From a virus: a DNA stretch of 64,000 nucleotides. Position numbers and translations under genes: made by a program. This document shows positions 48,905-57,876 of the stretch, piece after piece. Each line of letters starts with the position of its first letter. The stretch's first letter is position 1. The notes beneath the pieces were generated by a model. It was given only the letters and a program-made list of their open reading frames with translations. It was not told where the DNA came from and did no database searches. The DNA lies in IMG/VR virus record IMGVR_UViG_3300028597_000007. One strand, given 5' to 3'.

Positions 48905-49521
48905 CTCCTAATCGTCCAAAACCCCTACCCGTGGGAACTAGCCTGTCGCCTGCAGAGCAGATCTCCTTCAACCACTATGAGGTCATGGTACCTCGGTTGT
49001 TCCTGCAGTCGGCAGAGGCCGCCTCCTTCTACGGGGCGATGGCGCAAGACAACCCGATGGCTCAGCGTGAGCAAGAGCAGGGAGACATGCGCGTGAACCT
49101 GCCTGCAACTAAAATGGCAGAGCTGTACGCCAAAGGTTGCAAGCCTTGGTTCATCGACCACCCCAAGTCTGCCAAGCTGTACCGCGAGGTTGTGGGCTAC
49201 CTGAAGACTGCTGTGCAGAACTTCGATCAGGCGCCTAACTCTGGTCGCTGGACACCAGACATGATGGACAACCTCCTGAAGCTTGAGAACTTCGCTCAGT
49301 GGCTCCATGGAGTTGCGTTGCCATTCCTCACCGAAGAAGACGTAGGTCCTCCACGCGATACGTTGGCAGGCTACAGCCGTCGCACTCCAATGCAGCGTCT
49401 GTCGCAGCAACAGCAGGAAGACCAACGTCAGAAGGCAGAGCACCTTGCGCCAGATCACCAACGCGTGGTTGATGACCTGGTTGAACGTCAAGTTGCTCGT
49501 GGTCGGAGAGGTTGGTCCTAA
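48901..49521 (+). CDS. Conserved hypothetical protein
   Basis: ATGA overlap; 206 aa. Confidence 0.7.
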   Translation: MTPNRPKPLPVGTSLSPAEQISFNHYEVMVPRLFLQSAEAASFYGAMAQDNPMAQREQEQGDMRVNLPATKMAELYAKGCKPWFIDHPKSAKLYREVVGYLKTAVQNFDQAPNSGRWTPDMMDNLLKLENFAQWLHGVALPFLTEEDVGPPRDTLAGYSRRTPMQRLSQQQQEDQRQKAEHLAPDHQRVVDDLVERQVARGRRGWS

Positions 49522-50891
49522 TGGAGACACGTCGCTCAACCTTAATGCAGGAAGTGCGTGCGATCTTTGACGATGGCTCCAAGCCTGTTCATTTCCTTTG
49601 GAAGTGCGACATCACGGCAGGAGGCGAGAAGATCGAACCCTTCCGTACCCTCAACATGGATATCGGTCGTCACTACACGCTCAACTTTGCTGAGGACATT
49701 TCGGTTGAGCTGCAAGTGCGTCCATCGGAGTACGTCGACAAGATCTACCCCAATCGCCAGAACATCACCGTCACGCTGTATCAGATCCCTCTGAATGAAG
49801 ACGGCACGGAGAATTGGGATCAGCCTCGTTACCTTGAGATCTATCGAGGTAACATCAAAGGGGCAAAAGACCCGAAGCTCAACGCCCCGCGTGAAGTGGG
49901 AACGAGCGATGACCTGGATCTACAAGGTCCAGTGGTGGTGGAGTTCCAGTTGGTATCTCGTGCGCTTGAGCAACTGCGCTTGCAGATCCCAGGTGGCAAC
50001 TACCGCCACACTACCCCAGGCCGTGTACTGCGTTCGATCATGGATCAACTACGAACCAAGATCAAGGTGGATAACATCGAGGCCATCGTTGGCACCGATA
50101 TGACCCCACCCGACAACACCGTCGTTCGCGAGCACGTCATTGTTCCTCCGTTACCAGTCACGAAGTTGCCGCTGTACATGCAAGAGAAAGCTGGCGGTGT
50201 TTACAACGCTGGCATCTCTTTCTTCTTGCAAGGTGACAAGTGGTACGTCTTCCCGCCGTATGGGATTGATTCCCCGACCGAACGGGATAAGCGTATCCTG
50301 ACAATCTTCATCGTCCCACCTAACCAGTTCCCTGGTGTGGAACGTACCTACCGAGAAACTATCGGGCAGGTTATTGTCATGTCCACCGGTGGCTCTTCCA
50401 ACAGCGACATGTCAGAGGCACTGGACTTGAACTCCGGTAACGGTATTCGGTTCAGTGATGCGATGTCGATGTTGGATGGATTCGTCAAGACAGAGAACGG
50501 GGTACCTGTTGCTCGTCGTGGTGTGTCGGCTTCTGAGTTCGTTGACGGGACACGTGACACGGGCCTTAACTTTGCACCAGTGGCCACCGAGCGCATCACT
50601 TCCAACGCCATGAAGATGGCATCGAAGCTTGCACCTCGTAAGGGCATGACCATGCAGGTCGTCTGGGAGAACGCTAACCCGTTCACGGTGTACCCAGGCA
50701 TGCAGTGCCGCGTCTATGTGCTGCGGGACAATGTGCTCGAAGAACGTAAGGGGCGCCTGGTGGATGCGCAGTTCCTGATTGCCCCCAAGAGCAAGACTGC
50801 CCGCAATTCACAGCAGGCTTGCGTTGGACACCTCGCTGTATTCGTTTCCAGAGCGACTGAGCTTGACAGGCTACCAGACGTCACGGCATAA
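49521..50891 (+). CDS. Virion protein, possible baseplate hub
   Basis: ATG overlaps the upstream TAA; beta-rich; hub role inferred. Confidence 0.6.
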   Translation: METRRSTLMQEVRAIFDDGSKPVHFLWKCDITAGGEKIEPFRTLNMDIGRHYTLNFAEDISVELQVRPSEYVDKIYPNRQNITVTLYQIPLNEDGTENWDQPRYLEIYRGNIKGAKDPKLNAPREVGTSDDLDLQGPVVVEFQLVSRALEQLRLQIPGGNYRHTTPGRVLRSIMDQLRTKIKVDNIEAIVGTDMTPPDNTVVREHVIVPPLPVTKLPLYMQEKAGGVYNAGISFFLQGDKWYVFPPYGIDSPTERDKRILTIFIVPPNQFPGVERTYRETIGQVIVMSTGGSSNSDMSEALDLNSGNGIRFSDAMSMLDGFVKTENGVPVARRGVSASEFVDGTRDTGLNFAPVATERITSNAMKMASKLAPRKGMTMQVVWENANPFTVYPGMQCRVYVLRDNVLEERKGRLVDAQFLIAPKSKTARNSQQACVGHLAVFVSRATELDRLPDVTA

Positions 50892-50940
50892 GCGAACTCC
50901 TCTCTACGGGCCTCTGTGGGGCTCGTAGAGGGCTTTATGC
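50886..50940. terminator. Hairpin flanked by GCATA and TATGC
   Basis: ctctacgggcc/ggctcgtagag stem (50902-50930); TATGC 50936-50940. Confidence 0.7.
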
Positions 50941-50964
50941 CATTGGATATTAAAGTATCTCAAG

Positions 50965-50982
50965 CCTAAACTATCCATGTGA
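50965..50982 (+). promoter_or_regulatory. Putative early promoter motif
   Basis: CCTAAACTATCCATGTGA matches the consensus; a second half-site TAAAGTATCT lies just upstream. Confidence 0.6.
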
Positions 50983-51008
50983 GTGTATCCACATAAAAGG
51001 AAAGCTAC

Positions 51009-51503
51009 ATGAACCGCACTGAAGTTATCGATGCGTACTTCGCCTTCTGCAAGCAGGCTGGTTACGAACCGCATCAAGTTATCCTGTCAGCCGGTGCTGC
51101 GTTGGTGATGTTCGAGGAACGTGAGACCACCGCTGATCTGGATTGCGATGTCCCTGCACATGACTACGCTCAGTTCGTATGTCAACGCCCATCTGGCGAG
51201 CGTCGCTCGTCGCTGGGTGCTTTCTTCGACTACGACGATGTGGTCTCCCTGCATGCCTTCCCAGAAGGCACTGGCGTTTCCCAGCACGCTACTCCCAAGG
51301 GCCTGGTCTACACCTACAGCTGGATGGCTCTGGTGGAACAAAAAATCAAGCTGGTGGAAATGCCAGATCGCAAACCAGAGAAAATCCCTCGCGATCTGGA
51401 AGAGCTGGACAACATGGTCCTCGGTCTGGCATTCGCTGGTGACGTTGCCGGTGTCAAAGAACTGATTGAGCGCGCAGGTCGCGCTAAGGCGAATCGAGTA
51501 TGA
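51009..51503 (+). CDS. Minimal nucleotidyltransferase-fold protein
   Basis: AGAALVMF..RETTADLD matches the GG-A-h..R-x-T-x-D-x-D signature. Confidence 0.65.
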   Translation: MNRTEVIDAYFAFCKQAGYEPHQVILSAGAALVMFEERETTADLDCDVPAHDYAQFVCQRPSGERRSSLGAFFDYDDVVSLHAFPEGTGVSQHATPKGLVYTYSWMALVEQKIKLVEMPDRKPEKIPRDLEELDNMVLGLAFAGDVAGVKELIERAGRAKANRV

Positions 51504-51961
51504 GTGTTACCTACATCGTAGTTGCAGAACCAGGTAAGCTGGGGTCTATCGAAGTCAACCAGCAGTATGTCCCCTGGGTGGCCAAGGTTGGAGGGTTCAA
51601 GGTGGCTGCTGGCGAAGAAGCCAGAGAGATCACGCTGCCAGTAGGTTCTGAGTTCGGCAATAGCTTCGAATCAGTCCTGGCAACCCTTAACCTGTCCACC
51701 TACCATTCCGACAAGTTCCATGTGGTGGTTGACATGGGGTGGTCGCTCAAGTACCTCCAGCGCATGTTCGACGAAGGTCGTGCGGTTAACCAGCGTGAGG
51801 TTAACTTCATGAACTACATTGCAGGTATTGTTCATGAGGTCGGCACCACGGACCTCACGATATCTGGCTTCGGCTTCCAGGCCAAGGTCCAGGTAGTAAC
51901 CTTCGACAAAGGTGCGGCGGTCTTCCGCAGTAAGTTCAGCGCACAACTCAAGTCAGTTTAA
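51500..51961 (+). CDS. Hypothetical protein
   Basis: ATGA overlap; 153 aa. Confidence 0.72.
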   Translation: MSVTYIVVAEPGKLGSIEVNQQYVPWVAKVGGFKVAAGEEAREITLPVGSEFGNSFESVLATLNLSTYHSDKFHVVVDMGWSLKYLQRMFDEGRAVNQREVNFMNYIAGIVHEVGTTDLTISGFGFQAKVQVVTFDKGAAVFRSKFSAQLKSV

Positions 51962-51970
51962 GAGGTAAGT

Positions 51971-52417
51971 ATGGGCTATGTAGTTGTTCACCACGGTCTG
52001 ACTGGCCAGAATCTGGATTACGATTCTCAGGACGTTGCCAACAACATCCTGACCTACTTGAGGTTCATGGCAGATCGTCCGGCCAGCGGTACCTATGACG
52101 CTGGTCGTCTGGTCTGGGAAGAGATGTTGGATGAGCAGTTGGAGGTTACTCTCTTCCGCTTCTCTGACCAACACAACCACAACGAGCAGCTGCACCTTCT
52201 GTTTGAGGTTGGCTCTTCTGTTGAAGAGTTGATCAGAACTAAGGGCGACATGTATGAACGCGTCATCCGTCAGATCAGGTTCCACCTCAAACATGGTGCT
52301 GGGGAACTACTGAACCTCGAAACCGTCGGCAACTGTATCGTTGCAACATGCACAAGGTCCGCCCACTTGCATGATGTAGTGGTTCGTAAGAAGCGCTCAG
52401 AAATGAAATCAGTGTAA
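51971..52417 (+). CDS. Hypothetical protein
   Basis: GAGGT RBS; 148 aa. Confidence 0.72.
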   Translation: MGYVVVHHGLTGQNLDYDSQDVANNILTYLRFMADRPASGTYDAGRLVWEEMLDEQLEVTLFRFSDQHNHNEQLHLLFEVGSSVEELIRTKGDMYERVIRQIRFHLKHGAGELLNLETVGNCIVATCTRSAHLHDVVVRKKRSEMKSV

Positions 52418-52430
52418 CAAGGAGAGTTTC

Positions 52431-52754
52431 ATGTTGGATCGAAACAAGTTCGGCGAAGAGATAATCTCCGCCGATCCTGAGATGCATATCCACCACAATG
52501 AATTCTACAAGCGGAATCCTCTGGCCCAAAAGCTGGTAGGTTCTCCTTTAAGGCGGATTACCCTAATGCATGTATTAGTTGGTATCCTCTTAATTGGAAT
52601 TGGAGCTACATATGTCGTACAAAAACTGGTCGGCCCTGGACATGGTGTTGGTACTGGAGTTGGCCCTGCTGAAGGATGGGGACAAACACGAGAACGTCCT
52701 CTGCTCCTTGAAGAATCTCGCCAGTCCAGACAAGACCTGGAAGCGCGGCGATGA
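52431..52754 (+). CDS. Small membrane protein; 3' part overlaps the next gene
   Basis: AGGAG RBS; hydrophobic stretch LMHVLVGILLIGIGATYVV. Confidence 0.55.
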   Translation: MLDRNKFGEEIISADPEMHIHHNEFYKRNPLAQKLVGSPLRRITLMHVLVGILLIGIGATYVVQKLVGPGHGVGTGVGPAEGWGQTRERPLLLEESRQSRQDLEARR

Positions 52755-52977
52755 AAGCCTGCCTGAATACTGCACCATGTTGGCCCAGCTCCCTGATCCA
52801 GTGAAGTCTGTGCGCGATGTCTGCAGCAACTTCTACCGGCAGCTCAAGCAGGTTGACGTCTTTGAAGTGGTGTCGACTGTCCCCGCTGAACTGACAGCCG
52901 ACGAGCTGGAAGAGTTTGCCCAGGCGCACCGTGAGTTGATTATCAACGACAGACTGCGTCGCCCAGAGATGGTCTAA
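52612..52977 (+). CDS. Hypothetical protein
   Basis: GGAG RBS before ATG 52612; typical codon usage; ends TAA-CGGCATA like other real genes. Confidence 0.68.
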   Translation: MSYKNWSALDMVLVLELALLKDGDKHENVLCSLKNLASPDKTWKRGDESLPEYCTMLAQLPDPVKSVRDVCSNFYRQLKQVDVFEVVSTVPAELTADELEEFAQAHRELIINDRLRRPEMV

Positions 52978-52979
52978 CG

Positions 52980-53039
52980 GCATAGTAGCCTCCCTCCCAC
53001 CTTCGGGTGGGAGGGGGTTATGCCACCATCTTTTTTTTT
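52980..53039. terminator. Bidirectional UUCG hairpin with GCATA/TATGC and offset T9
   Basis: Stem 52990-53001/53006-53017; TATGC 53019-53023; T9 53031-53039. Confidence 0.8.
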
Positions 53040-53042
53040 GTT

Positions 53043-54590
53043 TCAGAAATCAGCCATGAAGTTCGACATGTCAGCCTGATCTTCACCCACCTTACGCATG
53101 GACATGTCTTTCCCGTTAATGTCATCCGGGAAACCAGGTGCCAAGTTCTCAGCAAACTTGTAGACCCAGTACAGGTCACGCGATGGAGTGATCGACGAGA
53201 TACGGTGCTTGCCACGACGGTTGGTCAGGTATGCAGCTCCACCGTATTCCACGATGTGGCAGTAGATCTCCATGTCCAGCTCTTGATGGAGAGTACGGCA
53301 GCCATCGTAGAAACCACGACCAGCAACTTCGTTAACCAATTGCTCGGTCACACCCATCTTGGTCAGGTTCAATGCCTCAGACGACATTTGGTGCGCGGTG
53401 ATCAGAGCGATCTTCTTCTTGTTGAAGAAGTTTCGTACACGCGAGTACAGGTTCTTGACGTCTGCACCTGCCACGCCCTGAGTACAGCCTTCCTTGTTCA
53501 GCTTGGCAAGGTAGTCGATCACGCACAGCTGAATCTCGTAGCCGAGCTTCTCGTAGTATTCGATCAGAGCGAACAGCTTACGGAAGTTGGAGTTGTCCGG
53601 GTCAACCCGAATGAACTCAATCTTCCAACCATTCTTCTCCAGACGATCCTTAACCACAGCCGACACTTCTTCGATCGACTTGTTGATGGTCTTAGGATCA
53701 ACACGAATGCCTTGCTCGTTGAGAATGATCTGGGAGTAGACGCCTTTATAGTTGTCCTCCACTGTCTGCTCGTACGAGATGTGTAGCAGCAAAGGAATCT
53801 TGCCAGGCGTGATGACCGGGGTGTTATACTGGGCCGCCTGTCGGAAGTAGTTGAGGATCTTACCCGACTTGAAGTTGTGGGACAGCGCAGAGACGCAAAG
53901 CACATCCACACGACGCAAGCCCTGCGCGTCACCGAATGCACGGTTGTCTGCCTGCCAGCCAAACTTGAATGCGTAGGACGCTGCAGGGTCTTCTGCTTCG
54001 TCTTCCATGAACTGGTCTTTGATGTTGTCCAGCTCACCTACAGCAATACGCTCCATGACGCCCAGGTCTTCCAGACCACCCACACCACCCACACGGTGAT
54101 AAGGTTCCAACTCGATGACCAGATCACGTACGAAGGACGACCAATCGATCTTGGCCGATTCGAACATGAGCTTACGACGAGCCTTGGCAATGATCAAGTC
54201 AACTTCGACCTTTGCCTTATAACTCTGAATGTCGTAGATGGTGCGATCACGATACTGGGTCATCTTTTCCTGGTCGCCACACACTTCCAGGAAACTGGCC
54301 AACGCTTCTACAATGAACGACTCGCCCTGAGCATTCATCGTTATTCTTTGAAGTAGGTCCTCGCGGCCGACTGGGGTACCTTCGCCCACACACTGGACCA
54401 TCCAGCCGGCTGTACTTAGCAGGCCCTCGATGATCTCTCGCCCGTAGTCGTTCTCTGCACCGGCGTTGGGTAACTCCGTGGTGTTGATGATTTCGCGACC
54501 CAGCGAAAGAATGTCGTCACTGCGAGTCCCTAGCAGACCTTCAACGTGCAGCAACGAAATTACTTTGATGAGCAGGAGTTTGTTATCCAT
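53043..54590 (-). CDS. DnaB-like replicative helicase (phiKZ gp118-like)
   Basis: Variant Walker A ALSHNFKSG, VIDYL, TAHQMS and RRGKHR; position before the capsid gene. Confidence 0.85.
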   Translation of the reverse strand: MDNKLLLIKVISLLHVEGLLGTRSDDILSLGREIINTTELPNAGAENDYGREIIEGLLSTAGWMVQCVGEGTPVGREDLLQRITMNAQGESFIVEALASFLEVCGDQEKMTQYRDRTIYDIQSYKAKVEVDLIIAKARRKLMFESAKIDWSSFVRDLVIELEPYHRVGGVGGLEDLGVMERIAVGELDNIKDQFMEDEAEDPAASYAFKFGWQADNRAFGDAQGLRRVDVLCVSALSHNFKSGKILNYFRQAAQYNTPVITPGKIPLLLHISYEQTVEDNYKGVYSQIILNEQGIRVDPKTINKSIEEVSAVVKDRLEKNGWKIEFIRVDPDNSNFRKLFALIEYYEKLGYEIQLCVIDYLAKLNKEGCTQGVAGADVKNLYSRVRNFFNKKKIALITAHQMSSEALNLTKMGVTEQLVNEVAGRGFYDGCRTLHQELDMEIYCHIVEYGGAAYLTNRRGKHRISSITPSRDLYWVYKFAENLAPGFPDDINGKDMSMRKVGEDQADMSNFMADF

Positions 54591-55128
54591 GTACCGATCC
54601 TATATGTTCGGAGGTCAAGGCTATCAGCCGGGGGCGATTAACCTGATCGCTGTTCCCCGCTGGCTTGATTTGGCGTTCAAGGCAAAAGGTCTGACGGTCG
54701 AGCAAGCAATTAACATCGACCCTCAGTTGGGATTCACTGAATGTGTTTCGCGTAAGTTCGCGGAAGCTATAGTGTCATCCCAGGAAGTTGATTTTCACAA
54801 CGAGGTCACTTGGAGTCTGGGCGAATACCTGTTCCCGGACAAGAAGCAGCGACCGCAGCGTGACGAACTATATGCGAAGCTTGTGCGCGACTGGCATGGG
54901 GTTCCTCTGGTAAAGGGGCTGGAGTTGCACCTCCACCCTATTATCTTGGGGAGCAATCTCATTGGTCTGTATCACGTCGACCCAGTGCCTGGAGTCACTG
55001 ATACAGATTTATATGGGCGCATTCTGCGTTGTGCACACACTCTGGCATACAGCAAGGTCGGCGTTGGTGCGCTGGGCTGCGATCTGATCAAAGATGTGCT
55101 TAACGAAATTTATCTGGGTCAGCAATGA
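54589..55128 (+). CDS. Probable virion protein (phiKZ gp119 position)
   Basis: AGGAG at 54574-54578; ATG 54589 shares CATG with the helicase start. Confidence 0.65.
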   Translation: MYRSYMFGGQGYQPGAINLIAVPRWLDLAFKAKGLTVEQAINIDPQLGFTECVSRKFAEAIVSSQEVDFHNEVTWSLGEYLFPDKKQRPQRDELYAKLVRDWHGVPLVKGLELHLHPIILGSNLIGLYHVDPVPGVTDTDLYGRILRCAHTLAYSKVGVGALGCDLIKDVLNEIYLGQQ

Positions 55129-55249
55129 TCTGGAAGCAAGGTCTGGAGCTACAGGCACTGTAGTAACAGGTATTCTATAGCGAACTGGTATACGGGTCGC
55201 TCGTTAGTCGACTAACACAAACGCAGCATCCAGTCACTGGAGATTCTAC

Positions 55250-57568
55250 ATGAACGTGTTTTCCCTGGCAGGTGGCGCAAGCGCGCCCCTGGACACTCTG
55301 ATCCAAAGCTTCAACAACTCCTTCACGCACCGCGCTGCTGAGCTGAAGGACAGCCGTCTGACCAAAGGCCTGACCATGGCCGTTGAAAGCCTCGACGAAT
55401 CGACCAAGGCCTCGCTGACCGCTTCCCTGGGCAGCATCCGTCAGATGGTGATCGAATCGTTCGAAGGCGTGCCAGGCGTGAACCTGGGCCACATGGGCGA
55501 TCCGATCGCTGCCTCCGGCGAAGAAGCCGGTACTCAAGTTGGCGCTGATACCGCCGGCCTGAACGAAAACCAGCTGCAGGCTGCTACTGCCGTTGCAATG
55601 GCTTTCGCTGACCCTGAAGGCTACGCCAAGGCCGCGACCAACACCGCGACCCTGCCAGGCACCCAAGGTGTTGCCATGGCTTCCGAAGGTATCGGCGGCC
55701 AGCTGCAACACTTCAAAGAAACCGTCATGGCTACCGAGGCGTTCTCCGAACAGCCGCTGCGCCAGATGATGGGCTGGTCCGTTACCCTCGCTGCCGCGAA
55801 CGCCCGTCAGGACGCCTTCGCCGAAGCCTGGTTCCCGACCACCGTTCTGACCCCTGCCGACATGGGTCTGACCCTGACCATCGCTCGTTCGATGATCGTC
55901 AACACCCCGATCCACCAGCTGGACGGCGCGCCGAACAACCTCGGCCGTGTGAACCTGATCGACGCCGCTCGTCACCCAGAACTTCTGGAAGACGAATCGA
56001 CCCGTATCGTGCCGGTGGTTCCGCAGGACGTCAACGCCCCTGCTCGCAAGTTCCTGGTCGACGGCTACGCCTCCTGGCAAGTCGACATCGACGGCTTCAA
56101 GGTGCCGACCGCGCCTCTGGCCTTCGGTGAAGTCGGCCTGATCAACATCTCGACTCCGAACCACATGGCCCAACAGGGCGTGATGGAACTGACCGACGCC
56201 GTTGGCCAGGGCGCTCGCCTGGACTTCCTGGTTGCCAAGCTGGGCACTGACTTCATCAAAGTCAACGTCCGCAACCTGGCTACCTCGGGCTTCCTGCCTG
56301 CACAAGAAGGTGAAGCACCTCGCCAAGTCCTGAGCTTCGACGCTCGCGACCTGCCGATCCATGCTGGCACCAAGACCGCTTCGGGCGCCGCTCTGAACTG
56401 GCCGGAAGTTGTCGACAACAACCTGACCATCCGCTACGCCGTGGATGTGACCGGTTCGCTCGACCTGCAGACCTCGATCGCCCGTGTGAACGGTTCGATC
56501 ATCGGCATCAGCGCAATCCTCGACGCCGAAGGCAACGAAATCACCCTGGAAGACGGCATCGGTAAAACCGTGGCCGACAAGTTCAAGGCTGACTTCAAGC
56601 TGGTTGGCTGGTATCCGTTCGCCGTTCGTACCAACGAGAACAAACGCCAGCTGGGCAAACTGCTCGACGTCCTGGAACAGCGCTACTGCTACGGCATCCC
56701 GCTGACCGCACCGATCTCGGTTCCTGCTCCTGTTGGTTCGGCCAAACCGGCTCAGAACCTGGAAGCCCTGATCTCCGCACAGCGCCGCCGCTGCTCGAAC
56801 GCCGCGATCACCACCCTGATCAACCACGCTGGTCTGCTCGCAGACTACATGGCCGGTCAGCGTCGCAAAGGCACCATGCCACAACTCGGTTCGATCGGCC
56901 GTCTGGTCGTTCATCCGTTCTACGAGAAGCGCGTGATCGACGCCGCCGCTGCCGTGCAGACTCTGCGCGACAACGACAAGGCGCTGGACATCGCTGCTCT
57001 GCTCACCAACACCATCAAGGACCTGGCAGCCGACATGCTGATCCAGTCGGCATACCCTGCCGCTCTGGAAGCTTCGCTGACTGGCTCCAAGTCGGTGAAA
57101 CTGCTGGTCGGTACCGACATCAAAATCGGTCAGCACCTGCAAGTGGTTGGTGACCTGCGCACCTTCGGCCCGATGTTCAGCAACATGACCGTCGTGACCA
57201 CCCTGAACAAGAAGATGGACGGCCGGGTCTTCCTGACCCTGACCCGCGACAGCGAGTCGAACGTGCCTGACGTCCTGCAGTTCGGCTGGCACGCCTTCAT
57301 GCCTGAGCTGGTGTCCGTGGTTCAGGTGAGCCGTAACGGTAACACCCGTCAGGAAGCGACCGTGCAGTCCCGCTACCTGCACATCTGCAACCTGCCTATC
57401 CTGGCCGAAATTGAAGTGAAGAACCTGTCTCAGGCTCTCTACAACAAGTCGGCCATGCGTGTGGACCTGACCCAGGAGTCGGAGTTTCCCGGTGGCACTG
57501 GCGGCGGTACTGACCCAGACGCAGGTGGTGGTACCGATGGCGGCGCTGGTGCTGGCACCGGCGGCTAA
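55250..57568 (+). CDS. Major capsid protein (phiKZ gp120-like)
   Basis: 772 aa; extreme codon bias; propeptide with AVE, ASE and ATE sites; DnaB-gp119-MCP synteny. Confidence 0.85.
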   Translation: MNVFSLAGGASAPLDTLIQSFNNSFTHRAAELKDSRLTKGLTMAVESLDESTKASLTASLGSIRQMVIESFEGVPGVNLGHMGDPIAASGEEAGTQVGADTAGLNENQLQAATAVAMAFADPEGYAKAATNTATLPGTQGVAMASEGIGGQLQHFKETVMATEAFSEQPLRQMMGWSVTLAAANARQDAFAEAWFPTTVLTPADMGLTLTIARSMIVNTPIHQLDGAPNNLGRVNLIDAARHPELLEDESTRIVPVVPQDVNAPARKFLVDGYASWQVDIDGFKVPTAPLAFGEVGLINISTPNHMAQQGVMELTDAVGQGARLDFLVAKLGTDFIKVNVRNLATSGFLPAQEGEAPRQVLSFDARDLPIHAGTKTASGAALNWPEVVDNNLTIRYAVDVTGSLDLQTSIARVNGSIIGISAILDAEGNEITLEDGIGKTVADKFKADFKLVGWYPFAVRTNENKRQLGKLLDVLEQRYCYGIPLTAPISVPAPVGSAKPAQNLEALISAQRRRCSNAAITTLINHAGLLADYMAGQRRKGTMPQLGSIGRLVVHPFYEKRVIDAAAAVQTLRDNDKALDIAALLTNTIKDLAADMLIQSAYPAALEASLTGSKSVKLLVGTDIKIGQHLQVVGDLRTFGPMFSNMTVVTTLNKKMDGRVFLTLTRDSESNVPDVLQFGWHAFMPELVSVVQVSRNGNTRQEATVQSRYLHICNLPILAEIEVKNLSQALYNKSAMRVDLTQESEFPGGTGGGTDPDAGGGTDGGAGAGTGG

Positions 57569-57582
57569 TCCGTAAGGGTTGG

Positions 57583-57648
57583 CAAGTACAACGCTCTGCT
57601 TGTATAGGGGCGGTGGTAACATGGGTCTCGTGTTACCACGCGTACTTG
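57583..57648 (+). ncRNA. Candidate three-way-junction RNA in the capsid 3' UTR
   Basis: caagtac/gtacttg closes cgctct/ggggcg and an 11-bp stem gtggtaacatg/cgtgttaccac. Confidence 0.4.
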
Positions 57649-57656
57649 AAAACATG

Positions 57657-57688
57657 AGGGCAGGCCTTCGGGCCTGCCTTTATGCCGT
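57657..57688 (+). terminator. UUCG hairpin followed by TATGCCGT
   Basis: agggcaggcc-ttcg-ggcctgcctt; TATGC 57681-57685. Confidence 0.78.
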
Positions 57689-57704
57689 CGTGTTGGAATA
57701 ACCT

Positions 57705-57731
57705 TTTTTGAAACCTAAATTATCAAGTTGA
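57705..57731 (+). promoter_or_regulatory. Putative early promoter motif
   Basis: Identical 27-mer to 9515-9541; upstream of the operon containing nvRNAP beta-N. Confidence 0.65.
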
Positions 57732-57876
57732 ATGGATCTGGTTAGCGGCCCTAATCAAAACCATTCAAAAGGTGCAGTCATCCCCAAGTCTGCCACTTAC
57801 TCACTAGCTGAGAGTTACAACATGGAAGCTGGCATTAACGCCAACCGATTTCATCCATCGGCACCGGAGTGGGTAA

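Noticed and set aside
4549-51974. TATG overlapping several start codons as late promoters
   Set aside because: Any ATG preceded by T gives TATG; uninformative without TSS data.
52431-52977. Overlapping pair as spanins (Rz/Rz1)
   Set aside because: No lipobox or signal peptide in the second ORF, and the transmembrane helix is not N-terminal.
55175-57655. 826-aa minus-strand ORF opposite the capsid gene (also 60316-62913, 11993-14164, 32458-34143, 37645-38985 and others)
   Set aside because: Shadow ORFs from strong codon bias of the real gene on the other strand; no RBS or recognisable motifs.
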